64,000 nucleotides of DNA from Thermodesulfovibrionales bacterium (lineage in GTDB: Bacteria > Nitrospirota > Thermodesulfovibrionia > Thermodesulfovibrionales > UBA6898). The notes beneath the pieces were generated by a model. That model saw only the letters and a list, made by a program, of their open reading frames with translations, made no database searches and was not told the origin of the DNA. The stretch lies in contig JBIOIY010000001.1 in NCBI GenBank assembly GCA_044450345.1, positions 1 to 64,000 on the forward strand. Reading direction: 5' to 3'. The position numbers and the translations under genes were made by a program. Shown one piece after another: positions 59,054 to 64,000 of the stretch; within the stretch, counting starts at the first letter, position 1; each line of letters opens with the position of its first letter.

Positions 59054-60301
59054 TCAGAGACCTTTGTTGATCGTTTCAAGGACTTCTTCAAAAGCTGCGA
59101 GATTCGCCTTAATGTGATGAAGGGCCGTCGTATGCCCGTGCAGCGCCTCCTGTGTCTTAAGGCCGTTACCCGTAATGCATATGACCGTCACTTCGTCCCT
59201 TTTGATCCTGCCCGCCTCGATCAGCTTCCTCGTCGATGCGAGGGTGACGCCCCCTGCTGTCTCGGCAAATATCCCCTCCGTCCTCGCCAGTAGCCTGATC
59301 GCGTCGATGATCTCCTGATCGGAGACGTCCTCGCCGTATCCGCCTGTATCCTTGACCACCTGTGAGGCGTAATAACCGTCGGCAGGGTTGCCGATCGCCA
59401 GGGATTTCGCTATGGTGTCGGGCTTTACGGGCCGTATGACATCGACGCCCTGTTTGATCGCAGTCGTAATCGGGGAACAGCCGGTGGCCTGGGCCGCAAA
59501 GACCTTTGTATTGAGTTCCTTGATGATGCCGACGTCCCTGAACTCCTTGAAGCTCTTCCAGACCTTTGTAAGAAGCGATCCGCTCGCGCAGGGCACAACG
59601 ACATTGTCAGGCGCCTTCCAGCCCAGCTGCTCTATCACCTCGAACCCGAGTGTCTTGGAGCCTTCTGCGTAAAAAGGCCTTATGTTTATATTCACGAAGG
59701 CCCACCGGTATTTATTCGCGATCTCGCTGCAGAGCCTGTTCACATCGTCGTAATTGCCGTCGACAGCGACAAGGTTAGGCTCGTAGACGAGAGAGGCGGT
59801 GATCTTCGATGCCTCGAGAGAAGCAGGGATGAAGATGAACCGCTTGAATCCCGCCCTGGCGCCGTGGGCAGAGACAGAATGGGCGAGGTTCCCGGTCGAA
59901 GCGCACGCCACTGTATCGAACCCGAATTCCTTCGCCTTTGTAAGTGCGATCGCGACAACACGGTCCTTAAAGGAGAGCGTGGGATGCACCACAGTGTCGT
60001 CCTTGATATAGAGATTGTCGACGCCGAGGACCTTAGCCAGGTTGTCGGCCTTCACCAGCGGCGTAAATCCCGAGTCCAGACCGACCTGGGGTTCGCCGTC
60101 TATGGGGAGGAGTTCCCGGTACCTCCAGAGGTTTTTGCCCCTCTTCTCTATCTTTTTCCTGTTTATCTCCCTGGCGATGCTTTTATAATCATAGGCCACT
60201 TCCAGCGGACCGAAACAGAACTCGCAGACGTATATGGGTTCGACGGGATATTCCCTGCCGCATTCTCTGCACTTAAGACCTTTTATATGACCCACGCGCA
60301 T
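59054..60301 (-). CDS. thrC: Threonine synthase family PLP enzyme with N-terminal zinc ribbon
   Basis: CREC..CEFC, PTLSFKDR PLP lysine, ASTGN, TGNGLK. Confidence 0.88.
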   Translation of the reverse strand: MRVGHIKGLKCRECGREYPVEPIYVCEFCFGPLEVAYDYKSIAREINRKKIEKRGKNLWRYRELLPIDGEPQVGLDSGFTPLVKADNLAKVLGVDNLYIKDDTVVHPTLSFKDRVVAIALTKAKEFGFDTVACASTGNLAHSVSAHGARAGFKRFIFIPASLEASKITASLVYEPNLVAVDGNYDDVNRLCSEIANKYRWAFVNINIRPFYAEGSKTLGFEVIEQLGWKAPDNVVVPCASGSLLTKVWKSFKEFRDVGIIKELNTKVFAAQATGCSPITTAIKQGVDVIRPVKPDTIAKSLAIGNPADGYYASQVVKDTGGYGEDVSDQEIIDAIRLLARTEGIFAETAGGVTLASTRKLIEAGRIKRDEVTVICITGNGLKTQEALHGHTTALHHIKANLAAFEEVLETINKGL

Positions 60302-60316
60302 CTACCTCCTGCACCA

Positions 60317-60339
60317 AAAGTAAAAACATATTTTACTTT
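60317..60339. promoter_or_regulatory. Palindromic operator-like site upstream of thrC
   Basis: AAAGTAAAA-ACATA-TTTTACTTT perfect 9-bp inverted repeat. Confidence 0.5.
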
Positions 60340-60449
60340 ATATCGCCCAATAATTCAAAGAGCCTCAAGCCTCACATGGGCACGAAACGTACCGTGGATG
60401 GGACATCCCAAAAAAATCGCCCGCTTAGTGTAAAATATTTATCACCGAT

Positions 60450-61091
60450 ATGGAACTGGTCAAGACATTCTTCGATATCTTTATGCACCTGGACAAACAT
60501 CTCAGCGCCGTCATCCAGAATTACGGCGTCTGGACCTATCTTATCCTCTTCCTTATCATCTTTTGTGAGACCGGGCTGGTAGTAACACCCATACTCCCCG
60601 GAGATTCGCTCCTCTTTGCGGCGGGTGCCTTGGCCTCCACGAGTGCCCTGGACGTCGGCGTCCTATTTGGACTTCTGAGCTTCGCTGCAATCGCCGGCAA
60701 CACCACGAATTACTGGATAGGTCATCTCATCGGTCCAAAGATATTCCATAAACAAAACGTGCGACTTCTCAACAGGGAATATCTGGACCGGACCCACCGT
60801 TTCTACGAAAAGCATGGAGGAAAGACGATCGTCATCGCCCGCTTTATCCCCATCATACGTACATTCGCTCCCTTTGTCGCAGGCATCGGCGCCATGACAC
60901 ACTGGAGGTTCTCCCTTTATAATATTGCGGCCGGCATCGCATGGGTCGGCATATTCGTCTTCGCCGGTTATTACTTCGGCAACATACCCGTAGTCAAACG
61001 CAACTTTACACTGGTAATCTTCGCTATCATATTCATATCGATACTGCCGGGCATAGTCGAATTCCTCAGGCACCGCAGGCGGCCTGCGTAA
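60450..61091 (+). CDS. DedA family membrane protein
   Basis: ETGL...LPGDSLLF.AG, ARFIPIIRTFAPFVAG. Confidence 0.95.
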   Translation: MELVKTFFDIFMHLDKHLSAVIQNYGVWTYLILFLIIFCETGLVVTPILPGDSLLFAAGALASTSALDVGVLFGLLSFAAIAGNTTNYWIGHLIGPKIFHKQNVRLLNREYLDRTHRFYEKHGGKTIVIARFIPIIRTFAPFVAGIGAMTHWRFSLYNIAAGIAWVGIFVFAGYYFGNIPVVKRNFTLVIFAIIFISILPGIVEFLRHRRRPA

Positions 61092-61218
61092 CTGCCAGCC
61101 GAGGACTGATCTTCCCACGCATCTTCCGCCACAACTTTCGTGCCACCAAATAGTAGAAAAGTGGTATCATTTTACTGTCGTACCCCGGAATGATGACTTT
61201 TCGGGGGATACTGAATTC

Positions 61219-62244
61219 ATGCCCGGAGATAAATTATTGACGGACACATTCAAAACAAAGTGCATACTCTCGGCAGTGCTGATAGTCCTGATCATATCAG
61301 GCGGTACCCTTGGGTACGTATTCCTGGAGGGATGGGACTTTTTCGATTCTTTCTATATGACGATCATAACGCTTACGACGGTAGGGTTCGGCGAGGTACA
61401 TCCACTGTCGCGTGTCGGGAAAATGTTTACCATAGCACTGATCGTAGGCGGCGTCGGCACGGTCTTTTACGCGCTGAGCACAGCGGCTAAGTTTATGCTG
61501 GAAGGAGAATTTGAAGAGATATTCGGGAGGAAGAGATTGGAAAAGAAGATCAAGGAACTCAGGGACCACTTTATTGTCTGCGGTTACGGCAGGATGGGCA
61601 GGATCATATGCAGGGAGTTGAGGGAGAAGAAGATCTCCTTTGTCGTCGTCGAAAAGATGCCGGACAAACTCCTCGACGGTCAGGACGTCCTTTTGGTCGA
61701 GGGGGACGCAACCAGGGACGAGATACTGAAGGAGGTGGGCATAGAAAGGGCGAAAGGCCTCATATCAGTCCTTCCCACCGACGCCGAGAACCTTTACGTA
61801 GTCCTTAGCGCAAGGGGACTCAACCCCAGCCTGACGATTGTGGCGCGGGCCGGGGATGAAGGCTCTGAACAGAAGCTTATCAGGGCCGGTGCGGACAGGG
61901 TCGTCTCGCCCTACTATATCGGCGGCCTGCGGATCGCACACACTGTTTTGAAACCCGCGGTGGTGGATTTCATCGAGTTCGCGACGAAGAGCGGAAATAT
62001 CGACCTTCAGATGGAGGAAATAGCCATTCAGGAAAACTCCGGACTTGTCGGTCGCACGCTTGATGATAGCGGAATAGGCAGGGAACTGGGTATCATCGTC
62101 GTTGCGATCAAGGAGGGATCTGGAGAAATGAGGTTCAACCCCACATACAAGACCGCGATAAAGGCCGGTGACACACTTATCGCCTTGGGCGAGATATCCA
62201 AATTAAAGGCGCTGGAAGATATGGCAATGCTGCAGAGGCAATAG
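61219..62244 (+). CDS. Two-TM potassium channel with RCK/TrkA domains
   Basis: TTVGFG filter, GYGRMG Rossmann motif, TrkA-C. Confidence 0.93.
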   Translation: MPGDKLLTDTFKTKCILSAVLIVLIISGGTLGYVFLEGWDFFDSFYMTIITLTTVGFGEVHPLSRVGKMFTIALIVGGVGTVFYALSTAAKFMLEGEFEEIFGRKRLEKKIKELRDHFIVCGYGRMGRIICRELREKKISFVVVEKMPDKLLDGQDVLLVEGDATRDEILKEVGIERAKGLISVLPTDAENLYVVLSARGLNPSLTIVARAGDEGSEQKLIRAGADRVVSPYYIGGLRIAHTVLKPAVVDFIEFATKSGNIDLQMEEIAIQENSGLVGRTLDDSGIGRELGIIVVAIKEGSGEMRFNPTYKTAIKAGDTLIALGEISKLKALEDMAMLQRQ

Positions 62245-62302
62245 GTCTTCATAGTCCTTATGCTTCTTGATATTCTTCCGAGATGAGTCCCCGCAGGGAA
62301 AT

Positions 62303-62671
62303 ATGACCGCATTTATCGTAATTGCAGTGATAGTTCTTCTTGGCGTTGGACTGCTTGTAGTCCTCTCCGGCATCGCCTTATACGCCAGACTTGCGAGACT
62401 AAGGGCCGCGGTGAAATCTTCGTGGTCCGCCGTCGATGTCAAACTCAAAGAACGTCATGATCTTGCGGCCGGCAAAGGGCCCAAGGCGGACGCCGATTTT
62501 CAACAGCGTCAGGCACCGCTCAGGGAACTCCGGGACAATATCCGGCACGCCGTGCGCTCTTATAACGCGCTGGTAATGGATTACAACGGCGAGATCCAAT
62601 CCTTTCCTTCGAATATTATTGCCAGCCTGTTCAAGTTGAAAAAAGCTGAGTCTTTTGATCTTGAGGAATGA
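62303..62671 (+). CDS. Short LemA-like protein
   Basis: N-terminal TM, SWS.VDV.LK.R.DL and YN..V..YN..IQSFPSNIIA; central part appears missing. Confidence 0.72.
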   Translation: MTAFIVIAVIVLLGVGLLVVLSGIALYARLARLRAAVKSSWSAVDVKLKERHDLAAGKGPKADADFQQRQAPLRELRDNIRHAVRSYNALVMDYNGEIQSFPSNIIASLFKLKKAESFDLEE

Positions 62672-62804
62672 ATAGCGGGGCGAATGCGGCGGACGATCGC
62701 TCTTTGAAAACCTCTTGCTCCATGCCTTTGAGACATTGTCAGAACTGCTGATTTTATGTTGTAATTGATATATTCGAGAAAGAGGTTTTTGTTAAACTTA
62801 ATGC

Positions 62805-63206
62805 ATGGAAAAATATGAGCCGCTGAATAAGTTCTTTAAGAATACGAGACGGCACAGAAGATTTGTCGTGGACAGGATGGACATCCGCATAACGGCGATG
62901 ACTGCCTCCGGAAAGTCTGCTGCTGCCGAAGATTACAGGGTAATAATGCTCAGTCTCGCCGGTATGCGAATTGAGAGCGGCCATCACCTTGAGCTGAAGA
63001 GCAAGCTGCAGATGGAGATGACCCTGCCGGAGAATGTCCGCATCTCACTCACCGGACGGGTCACCTGTTGCGTTGCTGAGGAGGACGACAAAGGTTTGCG
63101 TCATAACATCGGGATAGAGTTCATCGAGATGTCAGAGCAGGACAGGACGGAACTCAAAAAGTTCATCCACTGGCTCTACCTGAAAGACGCGGGATTTACA
63201 GAGTAA
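62805..63206 (+). CDS. PilZ domain protein
   Basis: RRHRRF, LSLAGMRI, GIEF. Confidence 0.85.
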   Translation: MEKYEPLNKFFKNTRRHRRFVVDRMDIRITAMTASGKSAAAEDYRVIMLSLAGMRIESGHHLELKSKLQMEMTLPENVRISLTGRVTCCVAEEDDKGLRHNIGIEFIEMSEQDRTELKKFIHWLYLKDAGFTE

Positions 63207-63254
63207 GCTTTCTTCCTGCCCCCCGTTTTGTCCGCAAAGGCCGGTTGACCGCTC

Positions 63255-64000
63255 TCAGCCTTCAGCCTTCAATAGTTCGAGCGTCTTATCCAGACTCTTC
63301 ATGTCCTCGACGTTGAATATTCTCGCCGCGGGTTCTATCCTCTTGATAAGTCCTGAGAGTGCCTTGCCGGGACCCGCTTCGATAAAAGTGCCTATGCCCT
63401 TGTTGACGATATTCCTGATCGAGTCTTCCCACAAAAGCGGGCTGTTCAGCTGCTTGATGAGTGACACCTTAATTTTTTCTGCGTTCATAAGAAACATCGC
63501 ATCGGCGTTGTTTACAACCGGGACAACCGCATCTCTGAGTTCTATCGTATTAAGCAGCTCCCCGAGTCTGTTGGAGGCCTCAAGCATGAGCGTGCAGTGC
63601 GAAGGGGCGGACACCGCAAGCGGCAGCGCACGCTTTGCGCCGGCCTCCTTGGCGAGTTTCATCGCTTCTTCAACAGCCTTCTTCTCACCGGCGATAACGA
63701 TCTGGCCGGGACAATTATAATTGGCCGGTGAAACATAGCCCGATTCGACCGAAAGACAGATCTCGTCCAGCTTGTTTCTGCCGAGCCCTATTATCGCCGC
63801 CATAAGACCCTCGCCTTCCTTCACCGCTTCCTGCATAAACATGCCTCTCTTCTCAGTGAGCCTTACGGCCTCCCTGAAAGTGATGACACCCGCAGCGACC
63901 AGCGCCGAATATTCCCCGAGGCTGTGCCCAGCCACAACCTGAGGGACAACCCCTTTAAGGGTCAAAACCGTATGGACCGCAACACTCGCAGTAAGAAGAC
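63255..64000 (-). CDS. fabD: Malonyl CoA-ACP transacylase, 5' part outside window
   Basis: AGHSLGEY, ANYNCPGQIVIAG, VSAPSH, EAGPGK. Confidence 0.95.
   Translation of the reverse strand, partial: LLTASVAVHTVLTLKGVVPQVVAGHSLGEYSALVAAGVITFREAVRLTEKRGMFMQEAVKEGEGLMAAIIGLGRNKLDEICLSVESGYVSPANYNCPGQIVIAGEKKAVEEAMKLAKEAGAKRALPLAVSAPSHCTLMLEASNRLGELLNTIELRDAVVPVVNNADAMFLMNAEKIKVSLIKQLNSPLLWEDSIRNIVNKGIGTFIEAGPGKALSGLIKRIEPAARIFNVEDMKSLDKTLELLKAEG

Noticed and set aside
1..64000. Prophage, defence island, transposase, tRNA or rRNA genes
   Set aside because: No ORF with integrase, transposase, phage or defence motifs, and no tRNA or rRNA-like sequence recognised by eye

Overview
Mostly housekeeping bacterial chromosome, about 50-55% GC by eye. 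Gene content and order suggest an anaerobic Nitrospirota (Thermodesulfovibrionia-like) or deltaproteobacterial genome; this is inference only. About 60 CDSs are supportable, including rimO, thiL, lon, galU, dtd, dinB, mazG, hemW, a short ThyA-type enzyme, ileS, pgeF, nnr, acpS, pdxJ, hypFDE, der, mfd, rseP-dxr-cdsA-uppS, a GH57 enzyme, proB, cimA-lysC-apgM-NIL-MoaD-thrC, fabD and several signalling proteins. I saw no tRNA, rRNA, CRISPR array, integrase or transposase. The most unusual signal is non-coding: four dispersed copies of a 107-138 nt element that folds as a three-way junction. Its junction strands are conserved, its arms vary in length, and its closing stem differs in sequence in every copy, with G-T wobbles favouring the same strand. 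Three copies have a long imperfect hairpin on the same side. Other notable items are GTAG-type REPs supplying two stop codons, a REP inserted in-frame in ileS, an inverted 7-mer array, a ThiS/MoaD carrier with a 15-aa tail masking its GG, an unannotated 54-aa ORF, and many apparently leaderless genes.
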